DNA of 64,000 nucleotides from IMG/VR virus record IMGVR_UViG_3300041416_000287, positions 176,449 to 240,448 of that record; one strand, 5' to 3'. Shown piece by piece: positions 30,701 to 40,549 of this stretch (position 1 is its first letter; each line of letters starts with the position of its first letter). The notes under the pieces were generated by a model. It saw only the letters and a program-made list of their open reading frames with translations, ran no database searches and was not told where the DNA came from. The position numbers and the translations under genes were made by a program.

Positions 30701-31640
30701 TGCTGTCCAAATGATATACTACAGTGAAGAAGGACTCTCTCGGGGCATCATGAAGTTCAGCCGAGCCATCATTCAGAGGATCCCCCAACCATAGAGTCAT
30801 ATAGATGGTGTTCTTGGCGATAGCATCCCCCGAAGGAATTACAGTGATTGAGTAGTTCGGTTCCATCTCGATCTTTCCTCCGGTGTAGAGCCGAGACCGG
30901 GCCTGGCCATACTTATCGTTATAACGAATATAGGGAACATATCGGGATGGAATGGCCCGATTAAAAATATCTAAGCCGTCATCTGGGGTGACCGACCGAC
31001 CATCAATAGTTGGGTTAAAAGACATGATAGTTGAATTGATAGCAACTGGACTGAAGGGAATCTTGGGCTGTTGATCTACTTCGGCTAATTGCAACTGAAT
31101 ATCTTTGATGCTGGCGAGACGCCGCACATCAATATCACGTTCCCGAATGATCTCAGTGATCCAAGCATCATAGGCTCGCTGAAGATCATCTTGATTTTCA
31201 AATTTATCGACCACCAAGGTATTATCCATGGCCCGATAGATCTGATTCATGGTGACATACAAATCAGGGCGCGGATTCTGTCGGCGCAAGAGATCATAAT
31301 ATGCCATTATGATATCTTCAATACGAATACTGGACTTGTAACCGGTGATGATGTCATATATCCCAGCCGGAGTCTCTCCCTCCGCCACTAACCTTTGTAC
31401 GATTGAAGGAAGTGACTCAAAGACATAAGCAGGGGTACCACTTGGTATTGCTGCGTCGCGTGGAGTGCGAGGACGGACGACAATGAGTCGAACTGGAACT
31501 TGAAAAATCTCGGCCCATTTATACAAAAGTGTGACATCATTGTCATACGGTATGGGTTGTAGATTTGGCATAATTTGAACCCCAGCACCTGGCTGCGGCG
31601 CTGGCAGCGCTGGGATAACGGCAGTAGCAATAGCTTCCAT
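27705..31640 (-). CDS. VETF-L: Early transcription factor large subunit (VETF-L, poxvirus A7-like)
   Basis: YARMCQ..LQP...FVCP.....YPG...N......VPCC motif and SLLHCI; 1311 aa; TAAATG start. Confidence 0.85.
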   Translation of the reverse strand: MEAIATAVIPALPAPQPGAGVQIMPNLQPIPYDNDVTLLYKWAEIFQVPVRLIVVRPRTPRDAAIPSGTPAYVFESLPSIVQRLVAEGETPAGIYDIITGYKSSIRIEDIIMAYYDLLRRQNPRPDLYVTMNQIYRAMDNTLVVDKFENQDDLQRAYDAWITEIIRERDIDVRRLASIKDIQLQLAEVDQQPKIPFSPVAINSTIMSFNPTIDGRSVTPDDGLDIFNRAIPSRYVPYIRYNDKYGQARSRLYTGGKIEMEPNYSITVIPSGDAIAKNTIYMTLWLGDPLNDGSAELHDAPRESFFTVVYHLDSNYLTVEAPIGADPKKGLIRNEQLAYQRTQAALPNLVFGTGKEIKVRGEFNIWGMAFDETVFLDMVLLEPLMNVYLYVEENIKPFALKKRLDVHYRSIFTDMTEGKTDTEQAYIANSASVSVTLTQKVTAEDEIVDVTDPVTKAITQAHLPIGVPYIHVTISQGESRTTVNDFIPIFQLLMRYYINYQEPTALVYNAALPELAALGPLLAQRRRRVVTAEPTILELTKKPTVARRANTRIRQLQDKAPGLFVLGYARMCQAPLQPIIVDAAEAEGWKQRRQVMSFPKDNPQWNFVCPSDGNPYPGVKLNDLGNKDEFPYVPCCSKKDQITPGVNSHYRDYVEDRPPERRIGAKAEKKISTRKILVPDKVAFLPRAVEGVVKRYSEEYVDMVRYGVIHTPNSLLHCICIAIDDPNYLAQANDEGKEIYVTRIRQHMLATIHPSLLKQELYDYTNEEITSIFRDNSKFFDPALFYRAVEETFNINIYVFTPSPPSGDETELGAMEVPRFRIFHARPLRLHRPTVVIIKNVGSESDALEYPQCELIVDYDKDNLQIMKLFGPEMTEVCHSALQETLKTMTWTVLPNNTFEVHANIYYYIDHINLFQLPAVSQFIDNNGKMRALTLDTGGGALITIATIPSQPENLPMTMDISRIAADVAVRILGEPTAITRNDAGLVDGLWFQIMDIIQGEYVPVVPAAGFDAKPVGAPNPIVATGTPVTTRLSRLRRTLNIIIQLTRWLYELARSKQAIDPTTFASQFMVMDEAPVRDSATYYELGNIPRRLPNVETIQEAIRFMEPLAPTLFNRGRIVMYSPVFADRIVRMLRDYSNLRLGMPVEPVEFLENYYETESDFQIVPNSKIFVNEKDLLAWMLSLKSSQNYSRYFNIREKIEIAMGFSPDPYLYGDEDGKIYIVQNVVGGTKAKALAVAYTWYNYRVNIGAEPNPLDVVPIHMIYGISAASSLIPIEDKTNGANVFLKLIYYGTQADKAADKDARYGAVLEVL

Positions 31641-31746
31641 TTACACGAGAGGTAACTAAGTATAATAGGTATTTCGACAATAATACTAATATATTCGCAT
31701 AGATTTATCACACTCATGTCAAGATTATTCATACCGTATCAAAGAA

Positions 31747-32673
31747 ATGTCACACAGGTTAGGATCATCAACTATTAGTTCAGCACTTTTTATGACTGAC
31801 CCTGTCCCGGTTCGGCGCAATGGCGGTTCGAACCTTTCGTATGACGCTACGCAATCATTCTTCGTAAAGGGAGATGAATCAAAAGATAGCAGTTCTGATG
31901 TCTACAAACATGTCAGCAGCGACGATGATAGTCTTATCATCAACGGGCAAGGTGGTTCCTATAAGCTACATCGCAACACTCTCAAAGAGACGCTCGCCGA
32001 ATTGAAGCCTCATGCGCATGTCTCAGTGCGTCATCTCAGCCCTGAGCACACTGAGGCTTTTCGCAGTATAGTTGAAGCCTTGCGATTGCTTCACGGCTCC
32101 CAGTCTCTTTATGACCTGGTTCTCAATGACATTCGAACGGTATTTGCTGATGTTAAGGATGTGAAGCCAGGGACAGTGGCCGCTTTCTTCATTGGTTGCT
32201 TCAGTGATGATAAGTTCCCTGGACCCATGGGATGCAGCCCTAAGTGCGCGGCTTCATTGCCACCATCAGAAGGTACCCCTGGTTATGCCAACTGTGATGA
32301 CCTGGTGCTCATCTATTCTGAGGGTCTATTTAGCTCTCTAAATGAGAAGCGATCGACCCATGCTTATATCTACATCGGTGAGGCCGATTTCACTGGATTT
32401 ACTTCGGATAATTTACGCCAACTTCGGGATGCTGAAATTGAGAATGCCTCTTTAATCTTCGGCAATCAGGATGGCTCATACCGCGAAGTTACTAGCGCGC
32501 TCAATATCGATCAGCTTCCCAGTAAGGCCGATCCTCCAGCGACGACTCAACAACAGCAACAAGATCCCAATTCTACTCCCAGCAACGCGGGGGCGGGCGT
32601 GGCTCTGGCCATTATCATCATTGTCATCGTGATCCTGGTCATTGTCCTTCTCGTCCGAGGCTACAATCAATAA
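31747..32673 (+). CDS. C-terminally anchored membrane protein
   Basis: 308-aa ORF, C-terminal VALAIIIIVIVILVIVLLV. Confidence 0.75.
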   Translation: MSHRLGSSTISSALFMTDPVPVRRNGGSNLSYDATQSFFVKGDESKDSSSDVYKHVSSDDDSLIINGQGGSYKLHRNTLKETLAELKPHAHVSVRHLSPEHTEAFRSIVEALRLLHGSQSLYDLVLNDIRTVFADVKDVKPGTVAAFFIGCFSDDKFPGPMGCSPKCAASLPPSEGTPGYANCDDLVLIYSEGLFSSLNEKRSTHAYIYIGEADFTGFTSDNLRQLRDAEIENASLIFGNQDGSYREVTSALNIDQLPSKADPPATTQQQQQDPNSTPSNAGAGVALAIIIIVIVILVIVLLVRGYNQ

Positions 32674-32752
32674 ATATATGTGACTCTACCACATATATCT
32701 GTGAATATGTGATTTCCTCACATATTCAAAATATGTGATTTCCTCACATATT
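32674..32752. terminator. Three consecutive hairpins, two being an exact tandem duplication
   Basis: ATATATGTG..CACATATAT, then AATATGTGATTTCCTCACATATT at 32704-32726 and again at 32730-32752. Confidence 0.75.
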
Positions 32753-33727
32753 TTATCGAAGGCGGATATATTTATGCAGCTCAGGATCACAATAGGCGGT
32801 TAGTCCCTTAGTTTGCCGTTGGATTTCTCGTTCTCGCCAAGCTTCCACGTCATCGACTGGCTTCGGCTCAGGAATGTTAGCGAACCATCGTTCCAGCTCA
32901 GTTAATCCAGCCTTAATCGCATCTATCGAAATGGAATGGTCATCAATACGATCCTGATAGTACACTTGATTGTTCTCATAAATAGATAGGGCCTCCTCGA
33001 AGACAGTTACCGATACTTTTCCACCCACATTTATCAAGGGACGCAGGACAGTACAATATTGTTTCTGCAGAGTCATAGTGTTAGCCGCAATGGCTCGCAT
33101 TCGCTGAGCCACATAATTATAATCTTGATCCTCAGGCCTGGTGCAATCAAGATAAATAGCGGTAGTTAGAATGGGATCAACCCGAGTTACCCCAGTCTGG
33201 TCAACAACTCTTAGAGTGAGATGTCGTGTTGGACTTGGTGGCGGCCGACGAGGAGTTGGTGGTGGCCTCTTATCACAGGTTGGAACCAGAGCAACTGTTC
33301 CAATGGGTGTGATGGCTGTAATCTTAATCTCAGAACCGCCATCCACCCTGGGTGGTAGCCATGGATTCTCACCCGGCTGCAGTAATGGTTCGTCTTTCTT
33401 ACTTATTCCGATTCTTGGCATGTATAGTGGAGTCCTTGGGACTAATGCCATCGGAGTTAATCTTGGCGGAATTGGCGCTAATCGAGGCGTTGTTGGAATT
33501 ATACCAACTGCTGGAGTTCGTTGGGGTATGGGTACGGGAGGAACATGAATTAGCCTAGGCGTGGGTACGGGAGGGACATGAGTTAATCTAGGCGTGGGGA
33601 CAGGAATAGGAATTGTTGGGGGAATCGGTAGTACTTTGTCATCCGCAGTCTTAACATCAGTACCTTGTGGATCTGGTACCTTTATTTTATTGCGAGCAAA
33701 TTTGGGTAATGTCAAGCCTTTGCTCAT
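32753..33727 (-). CDS. Pro-rich hypothetical protein with helical C-terminal domain; carries the LTLRVV motif
   Basis: PVPTPRL repeats; 324-aa ORF. Confidence 0.7.
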   Translation of the reverse strand: MSKGLTLPKFARNKIKVPDPQGTDVKTADDKVLPIPPTIPIPVPTPRLTHVPPVPTPRLIHVPPVPIPQRTPAVGIIPTTPRLAPIPPRLTPMALVPRTPLYMPRIGISKKDEPLLQPGENPWLPPRVDGGSEIKITAITPIGTVALVPTCDKRPPPTPRRPPPSPTRHLTLRVVDQTGVTRVDPILTTAIYLDCTRPEDQDYNYVAQRMRAIAANTMTLQKQYCTVLRPLINVGGKVSVTVFEEALSIYENNQVYYQDRIDDHSISIDAIKAGLTELERWFANIPEPKPVDDVEAWREREIQRQTKGLTAYCDPELHKYIRLR

Positions 33728-33822
33728 AAGTGAGCCGTATTTTAGAGACTTGAGATTAGTCCCGTGATGGTGATAGTAATTTATTTCATATTTATTTTGC
33801 AGTAGTTAAATACGTTCCCCGC

Positions 33823-34260
33823 ATGAGTGAAGTATCGGGTGTAGCTCTAACTGAAGTGTCAACTCACAACACTGAACTCGATGGATATAGTATAGGCTGG
33901 CTGGTACTATCTGCAATGTTAGCAGTATTCACGATAATTTTTGCCATCCTTTGGGTGATTGCAATAAATCAGCAGCCGCCGCCACAACCGCCATCGATGG
34001 TTTGTTTTGGGGCCTTTGGTGTTCAAGCCGGAACGGATGCGAATCCCCTGAATCAATGTGGCACTAATAACGTAAATCCCTGTGTCTTCGCAATAAACTC
34101 CTTGATTGACGCTGAAACCCAATGTAATACCTTACAATCTATATGTAATGCCTTCACTTTTAACTTTAGCACAGCGACCATGAAAATCGTCAATTCGGGG
34201 AGTGCATTTACTTCTACCAACTCAAATTTGTTTGTTCGACAACCTAGTAGCACATCTTAA
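33823..34260 (+). CDS. N-anchored Cys-containing membrane protein (PAN/apple-like CxxxxxCxAFTF)
   Basis: TM helix, then CFG...CGT...CVF...CNTLQSICNAFTF. Confidence 0.65.
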   Translation: MSEVSGVALTEVSTHNTELDGYSIGWLVLSAMLAVFTIIFAILWVIAINQQPPPQPPSMVCFGAFGVQAGTDANPLNQCGTNNVNPCVFAINSLIDAETQCNTLQSICNAFTFNFSTATMKIVNSGSAFTSTNSNLFVRQPSSTS

Positions 34261-34265
34261 GCAAA

Positions 34266-35075
34266 ATGGAATCGATCGAGGCCAAAGCTGTCGAAGCGGC
34301 TGATGTCGTAAAAGATGAAGTGGAGAAATTGGTTACTTCCCCTAAAGCCCCTCAACTTGAGAAGCCAGTTGCTTCGCCGTTATCCCTAACAATGAAAATA
34401 GCTCCGGAGCATAGTTCGACAAAGTCATCTGATTCGGCTTCCCAGGCTTCTCCTTGTGACCGAGTTCGGGTCATTCAGCGCCGGGGGAATACTTATATGG
34501 TGAAGGGAACCTCACCGCCGAATGATGACCCCGAAGAACTGGATAATGCCGATAATATGATTAGTGATTTGTATCATGAGACTATTACTCTTTCAACCAC
34601 GGCCAATAATGGGGCTAATTGCTTCAAAGTGCTCTATATTTTGGAGACTATGTTCCTAGTTTTGGCGGGTGCTCTGATCGGCGTTCTGACTGTTCAGGGA
34701 CTTGAGAGTGATGCCATTAAATATCTTGTGACCATCATTGGATTTGCGATAACGGTAGTCAAAACACTTACCGCAACTTTCGCCATTGAAAGAAAGGGCG
34801 TTCTGTTAAAGGACACCTCACTGAAATTACGTAAGATATCACGACTATTACGAGTTCTTCAGGTCAGCGATGCGGCGGCTAAAGATAAACTAAAGAAACT
34901 CGAGGATTACTATACTGAAGTCGATGAGTTGGACGTTAATATCTTCGATAATAGTGCCTCCAGTGCTCCTGCTACCCGAAGGATTAACGCCGCTTCGGTT
35001 CAGAGGAGCGGGGAATTAACCCGGCCCAGTAAGCAGACTAGTGAGTCTGTCGCGGTGCATGTAGATCCGGAATAA
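34266..35075 (+). CDS. Two-TM protein, SLATT-like architecture
   Basis: Two adjacent TM helices followed by an amphipathic helix (LRKISRLLR...YYTEVDEL). Confidence 0.55.
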   Translation: MESIEAKAVEAADVVKDEVEKLVTSPKAPQLEKPVASPLSLTMKIAPEHSSTKSSDSASQASPCDRVRVIQRRGNTYMVKGTSPPNDDPEELDNADNMISDLYHETITLSTTANNGANCFKVLYILETMFLVLAGALIGVLTVQGLESDAIKYLVTIIGFAITVVKTLTATFAIERKGVLLKDTSLKLRKISRLLRVLQVSDAAAKDKLKKLEDYYTEVDELDVNIFDNSASSAPATRRINAASVQRSGELTRPSKQTSESVAVHVDPE

Positions 35076-35121
35076 TATACCTAGAAATTATGGCTAAAAT
35101 TATGACTAAGATGGTAAAGAT

Positions 35122-36189
35122 ATGAGTTGTGCACCGACTGATCTGTCGTGTTTGGTAAATACGTGTTCGGGAACCGGTCCTACCGGTGGCTCTACCGGTG
35201 CTCTCGTCGGTACTGCCCTATTTAACTTCTGGCAGCAGAATAATTGTCCGGCTGCTTACGCCCAAGCCATCAATACTTCCCCGACTGGGTCATTGGTTTA
35301 CAATCCGACGGCCCAACAGGCCATACAACAGAAAATCGTGGGATTGTTCAATACTTACTTTGAAACGAATCAACTTACCGATGATGTTACAAGTCCGTTA
35401 TTTAATCCCTTTCAGACTACATTATTAACTTTATGTACAGATCCAACGTTGCCCGGAATTTGTACCCAGTTTCTCACCCAGTATTGTACCGGACAGTCGG
35501 GATTCACTGGCTTCTCTCGAGCCCAGGCCATCAATAGTCCGACTCTTACCGATTTCTGTGGATGTTATGTCCCTCCGGATCCAGTATATTTAAGTCTCAC
35601 CCTAGGCTCCCCCGGATGTCAAATCGGAACGGGATGTACCGCTGGCTGTACCGCTGGTAATTCCGGCTGTACTGGGCAACCAGCCTGTGATCCTTTATGT
35701 CATCGAGCCTTAACATCTCAGAAGGCATTTCAGCCGACAGGGGCCTTCATTACCTGTCCACAGAATATTTGTGTAATTGACAATGCCGTAGTGACTATAG
35801 CTAATAGTACTGTGCCCGGGGGTATTAATTTTAATAATGTCTGTTCTGGTTGTGGGGGTCCTTCGGGAGCGGATGGTTGTTTGTGTGTGATCGCGGGAGT
35901 GAACATCTCAGCTACTGCAGCTAGTATTGGCGTCGGGGTTAATTTCAACCAATTCTGTGGTACTGGGTCGGTGTGCTTGGTTGAGGATAGTGCCGGTAAT
36001 ATCATATCGCAAGGCGGCTGTACCGGAATCAACCCGGTGAATATCGGAATTTCGACTAACTTCATCCCCATCATCGGAATTGTTACTATTCTCCTGCTGG
36101 TTGTGCTCATTGTGCTGTTCGTGTCCATTGCCGCTCGGGCCTCGACTCCCCAATACACTCGCCCTCCAATCCTCGAAGAGATACCTTGA
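35122..36189 (+). CDS. Entry-fusion-complex-like protein (poxvirus A16/G9/J5 family-like)
   Basis: FCGCY...CDPLC...CPQNICVID...NFNNVC...C-terminal TM. Confidence 0.7.
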   Translation: MSCAPTDLSCLVNTCSGTGPTGGSTGALVGTALFNFWQQNNCPAAYAQAINTSPTGSLVYNPTAQQAIQQKIVGLFNTYFETNQLTDDVTSPLFNPFQTTLLTLCTDPTLPGICTQFLTQYCTGQSGFTGFSRAQAINSPTLTDFCGCYVPPDPVYLSLTLGSPGCQIGTGCTAGCTAGNSGCTGQPACDPLCHRALTSQKAFQPTGAFITCPQNICVIDNAVVTIANSTVPGGINFNNVCSGCGGPSGADGCLCVIAGVNISATAASIGVGVNFNQFCGTGSVCLVEDSAGNIISQGGCTGINPVNIGISTNFIPIIGIVTILLLVVLIVLFVSIAARASTPQYTRPPILEEIP

Positions 36190-36235
36190 GATGTCAGTTA
36201 CCATAGAGGAAAGCTAAATACATAGTGATATGTAT

Positions 36236-37183
36236 CTAGAGAATAAGATCGGTTTCGAAGGTAATAGGGTCGTGATCAGAGAGTAATGGGGATCCTCGAA
36301 TATATTTTGGAGGATACCCATAATATCCCATTAAATTGGTGAAAATATAATCTCCAGGGTAAGCATAGGTGGTATCAGCGCAACATGTATTTGGTGACGG
36401 GCCAGGCAGTCGAAGAGTTAATCCGAAAGCGGAAATAGTGTTCTTCAGAATCAATCCGGCAAAATCGTTGAAGTCACCAACAATTAAGGCTTTACTTGCC
36501 TGTATAGTGATTCCGGCTAAGCTCTTATGAATTTCTGGAATAAGATCAATATTGTGGGGTGCATGCAGATTCACAAAGATCATATCCAGCTTCGGGAACC
36601 ATACTGCTTGCAATCCTCGATCTCCAAGTCTATGAGAGGATGATGTTAGGGGAACGCCTTCACCAGTGATAGTCTCATCGTATCCAATCATAATCTCAAG
36701 TCCCGGAATAAAGTGGTACTTAGCCGACGGATTTGACTCATTAATGGTCTGGATAAATTGTCGGATGTAAGCCAGATTCACCTCCTGAACTCCGAAGATA
36801 TGATAATTCGCTAGTAATTTAGCGGCATTATGGGTGCAGACCGAAAGAGTGTGCTCAGAATTCTTCCACCCACCAGCATAACTGGTTTGGCAAGCTTTAA
36901 CTAGGCCAGCTTCGGATCCGGCAATTCGATTTGCCATTACTTGATAACCTAGATTTAAGCTAGCTACCTTCAGATGAATATATTTCGGTAACAACGGACC
37001 AGCGGCGAATTCAACCATACTGGGACGTAGATGATTGCGAATTACCCATTTGACTCCTGAGGGAACTAGTTGGTAGGGAGGTGCGTAAATAATGGTTGGA
37101 GTAATGGCTGTAATCGGAAAGTCATAAGTTCTTCCATTCGAGGTAATTCGGGCGATATCACCAACCTGAATAGGGCGGCTCAT
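36236..37183 (-). CDS. Endonuclease/exonuclease/phosphatase (EEP) family protein
   Basis: VASLN, GVQE, NLHAPH, VGDFND, DYIF, SDHDPI. Confidence 0.85.
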   Translation of the reverse strand: MSRPIQVGDIARITSNGRTYDFPITAITPTIIYAPPYQLVPSGVKWVIRNHLRPSMVEFAAGPLLPKYIHLKVASLNLGYQVMANRIAGSEAGLVKACQTSYAGGWKNSEHTLSVCTHNAAKLLANYHIFGVQEVNLAYIRQFIQTINESNPSAKYHFIPGLEIMIGYDETITGEGVPLTSSSHRLGDRGLQAVWFPKLDMIFVNLHAPHNIDLIPEIHKSLAGITIQASKALIVGDFNDFAGLILKNTISAFGLTLRLPGPSPNTCCADTTYAYPGDYIFTNLMGYYGYPPKYIRGSPLLSDHDPITFETDLIL

Positions 37184-37251
37184 TTACCTTCTTGGTAGAA
37201 TAATTTTACGATTCGCGCTAATCTAGCTTAAATGATAAACCGATAATGTAA

Positions 37252-38001
37252 ATGTCACTGCCCAAATTGGCGATTGGAGTCTTCTGTACTCTAATAAATG
37301 AGAAATACACGTCTGAAGTTAGGGCCTGTCGTGAGACTTGGGTTCAGACAGCGAAGAATCTAAACATCCCGGTGTACTTCTTTGCGGGATATAAGAAATC
37401 AGATGAATTTCCCGAAATTATACATTTAGAGGGATGTCTTGAGGATGTTCAATCAGCCACCACCAAACAATTTCGGGGATTAAAATGGATGGTTCAAAAT
37501 TGTCCTGCTCAGTCCTATATGATGTTTGGAAGTGATACTTATCCCAATATACCTAATTTATTGGTCATGTTAGACAAATACGACCTCAAGACAGATTTGT
37601 ACATTGGTGGGCATGGAGAATCTCGGCATGGTGGCTATCGACAAGTTGGCACTGAGAATGTATATTTTCACTCTGGAGGAGCTGGATTTATATTAACTCG
37701 ACCAGCGGCTGAAAAGATAGCCCGGTTCACTGAGGAAATATTGTTCGCCTGGCCTCATATCTGTCTTATCGGAGGTGTCAATTATCTGGCGCCAGCGTGT
37801 GATGTAAATATCGCCTATTTTTGTGCAAGATTGGATATTGGGCCGGCATTTGAGAAATACTTTTATGGTTGCAACTATCAAGGAATAGAAATAGGTGGTC
37901 GACCTTGTTGCCCTGTTGTCACAGATAAAATATGTTCGTGTCACCACATGACACCTAAGCATATGAGAGATTACTATGCACTGCTCACCAGTGATAAATA
38001 A
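37252..38001 (+). CDS. Glycosyltransferase, GT31 (galactosyltransferase/Fringe)-like
   Basis: RETW, DTY...NL, LYIG, FHSGGAGFILTR, CDVNIA. Confidence 0.8.
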   Translation: MSLPKLAIGVFCTLINEKYTSEVRACRETWVQTAKNLNIPVYFFAGYKKSDEFPEIIHLEGCLEDVQSATTKQFRGLKWMVQNCPAQSYMMFGSDTYPNIPNLLVMLDKYDLKTDLYIGGHGESRHGGYRQVGTENVYFHSGGAGFILTRPAAEKIARFTEEILFAWPHICLIGGVNYLAPACDVNIAYFCARLDIGPAFEKYFYGCNYQGIEIGGRPCCPVVTDKICSCHHMTPKHMRDYYALLTSDK

Positions 38002-38073
38002 TGGTAAGACTATGACTTGTCAACATGCCGACACCGACAAGTTATGTGGTGAAACAAATTAGTCACATTATAA

Positions 38074-39621
38074 ATGTCAAAGGCTGATTATGTCGTAGTT
38101 GGAGTGGGAACGGCTGGGGGCGCTATGGCCAAATTACTATCTGATGATATGTCCACTTCGGTCATTGCCCTCCACAATGGAGCCAATCTTACTGATGATC
38201 CGACAATTGCCCTGTCCAAGAATTCCATCAAAACTGTTCTGGATGCTCTCATTGGACCTCCATTCTATGAGAACGGACTCTCAGTGGATGATCATATCTG
38301 GGCCATCGCTAATCCTGGCGGTGGAGCTTCTTCAATAAACGCTGGTGCTTGGGCTCGAGGAACGAATCAATGCTTCTCCAAGTGGGAGGCATTGGCGGGT
38401 CCCGAATGGACTGTAGATCGGATCATTCGGACCTATAAGCGCTTAGAGGATTACAAGGGTGTTACTACCGATATTAAAGCTCGAGGCTACCATGGTCCCA
38501 TTGAGGTTCAACAAATCGCCCATCCTTCAAAAGTATCCGAGAAATTCACTCGAGCTGAGATTAAGGCAACCGGTTTCCCCTTCGTTCTCGACTATAATGA
38601 TCCGGACACCCCAGTTGGGGTCTCCTCTCAATTTCAGTACACTCATAGTGGTCCGGAGGGTAAATATCGAGTCTCAAGCATGAATGCTTTCTTGAATGAC
38701 AAGGTGATAACTCCTGACGGCCAAGGAGTCAACGGTCGAAAACTGCAAGTACTCTTTGACACTTTCGCTCTTCGAGCCATTTGGTCAGATACCTCAGGGA
38801 CTAAGGTAGTTGGAGTGGAATATCTCCAGAGGGGAAAGCAGAAATCGGTCTGTGCGAACAAGGGAGTCATTGTCTGTGCCGGATTAAGAAGCAGCGTCTT
38901 CTTGCTTCAATCTGGAGTGGGTCCCGAATCACTATTGACCTCCCTGAATATTCCGGTTAAATATGCAAACCCGAACGTAGGCCAGCATCTAGTTGATCAA
39001 CCCCGAATTGCTGTCTTCTTCACATCGAATCCACTGGATTTCCCCAAGGATCGCAATGCTATCTTCGCCCAAATTGCCTGGCTTCCCTCACCCACTGGAG
39101 CCAAAGATACCCGCATTTGTCGAATGGCCACGACTAACCCTATTCCTGGGATCACTATTATGGTCTTTGATCTAGTCCAAGCGACCATGAAAGGATCCGT
39201 GTCTATCTCTAGCAATGATCCTCAAGATCCGCCTGTAGTGGATTATAACTTTGTGAATCCGGATGACGTGGCTACTTTCCTGGAATGCTTAAGAGCTTAT
39301 CTTAAACCAACGGCCGAGATCCTTCCCACGATAGATCCCACGTATAATATGATATATCCTCCATTAAGTATCTTTGATGATCCCCCTGCCCTAAGAGCTT
39401 TTGTGGTAGATTCCATTGGCAGTAATGTCTCCCCTCAGTGTCATTGCCGGATGGCACCGTTGGATCGAGGTGGAGTGATCGATGGAATGGGGAAAGTATA
39501 TGGGGTAGATGGACTGTATGTCGCTGACGACTCCAGCTTGCCAACGCCGATGGATGGAAGTCCTATGGCCACGGCTTATTTGATGGCGGCGAATATTGCC
39601 CGGCAAATACACCCAAAATAG
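38074..39621 (+). CDS. GMC oxidoreductase family protein
   Basis: DYVVVGVGTAG FAD motif, GGASSIN, LLQSGVGP, VG.HL.D, VYGVDGLYVADDS. Confidence 0.92.
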   Translation: MSKADYVVVGVGTAGGAMAKLLSDDMSTSVIALHNGANLTDDPTIALSKNSIKTVLDALIGPPFYENGLSVDDHIWAIANPGGGASSINAGAWARGTNQCFSKWEALAGPEWTVDRIIRTYKRLEDYKGVTTDIKARGYHGPIEVQQIAHPSKVSEKFTRAEIKATGFPFVLDYNDPDTPVGVSSQFQYTHSGPEGKYRVSSMNAFLNDKVITPDGQGVNGRKLQVLFDTFALRAIWSDTSGTKVVGVEYLQRGKQKSVCANKGVIVCAGLRSSVFLLQSGVGPESLLTSLNIPVKYANPNVGQHLVDQPRIAVFFTSNPLDFPKDRNAIFAQIAWLPSPTGAKDTRICRMATTNPIPGITIMVFDLVQATMKGSVSISSNDPQDPPVVDYNFVNPDDVATFLECLRAYLKPTAEILPTIDPTYNMIYPPLSIFDDPPALRAFVVDSIGSNVSPQCHCRMAPLDRGGVIDGMGKVYGVDGLYVADDSSLPTPMDGSPMATAYLMAANIARQIHPK

Positions 39622-39679
39622 TGCTTACCAAGCAAAGTAATATAACTTATGTGTATGTACACACAAGTATGTTTTGATA

Positions 39680-40303
39680 TTAGTCGCTCATGTCGAGGCT
39701 TTGATTGAAATTAAAGCGATGAGTCTCCTTGAATTCAGGAGGAACTGTTCGCGGACGCTTACCCGGGGAAGTGCACGATTGTTCATCCTGTGACGTCACA
39801 TCACGCTTGCGCTTGAGGCCTGGGCTTGGCACAAGCTTAACAGGAGATGGTTCCGACATGATCGCTCCCACAGTCCCAGGATGTGGTCCTGGAACCTTGG
39901 GCGCAGGTACCGGCAGAGGCTCGACGCGGGGAGCAGCCGTTGGAGGCATAGCCATCCTCCGAGTAGTTGCACGAAGCCAGTCACAAAATCGAAAGATGTA
40001 TTGGTCATGAAAAGGACAATAGAAAAAGAAAGTACCGTTTGGTGCCAGGGGTCGACTGCAGTATCGAGCCTCTCGTGACCCGAACGAGTCATGATGGAAC
40101 TGGTGAATACAACCGATTTTATCGTCATCTTCCTCAGCATTATACATCGTGAGATGTTCCGGATCTTCAAAATCGCAGATTATCTCCGGCCACCAACAGA
40201 ATTCGAACCAAATCCGATGATCTGTGAAATCATCGAGACGTAACATAACATGTTCGCGGTGACTCTTCATCCATCCCACTGCGTATTCAATGACGGGCTT
40301 CAT
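39680..40303 (-). CDS. Zinc-finger paralog family member 1
   Basis: W.K.H..H...W..FC...ICDFE...H..M...GC...CSRPL...CPFH shared with the 40992 and 43421 proteins. Confidence 0.75.
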   Translation of the reverse strand: MKPVIEYAVGWMKSHREHVMLRLDDFTDHRIWFEFCWWPEIICDFEDPEHLTMYNAEEDDDKIGCIHQFHHDSFGSREARYCSRPLAPNGTFFFYCPFHDQYIFRFCDWLRATTRRMAMPPTAAPRVEPLPVPAPKVPGPHPGTVGAIMSEPSPVKLVPSPGLKRKRDVTSQDEQSCTSPGKRPRTVPPEFKETHRFNFNQSLDMSD

Positions 40304-40549
40304 GAACTGAAGGTACTTGAGGTACTTAGTGGTATGATTATAATCGGATATTAATACATCAATTTATTAACATTATACTAATTGTTGGCACATTAATACC
40401 TTGAACCCAGTTATATATTGTGTGATGTATTCGCAATTTATTGGCTCATTCGTTGCCACTTTCTTCTCTTCGATTCTTGCGAGTTTGTACTCGTAAGAGT
40501 TTTTGACAGGAATTCAATATAAACTTGGAGGGTTAGGCACTTGTCACTC

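Noticed and set aside
36390-36430. LTLRL in the EEP protein (and TLNII in VETF-L) as extra copies of the docking motif
   Set aside because: Imperfect matches inside predicted folded domains, not in flexible regions; not counted
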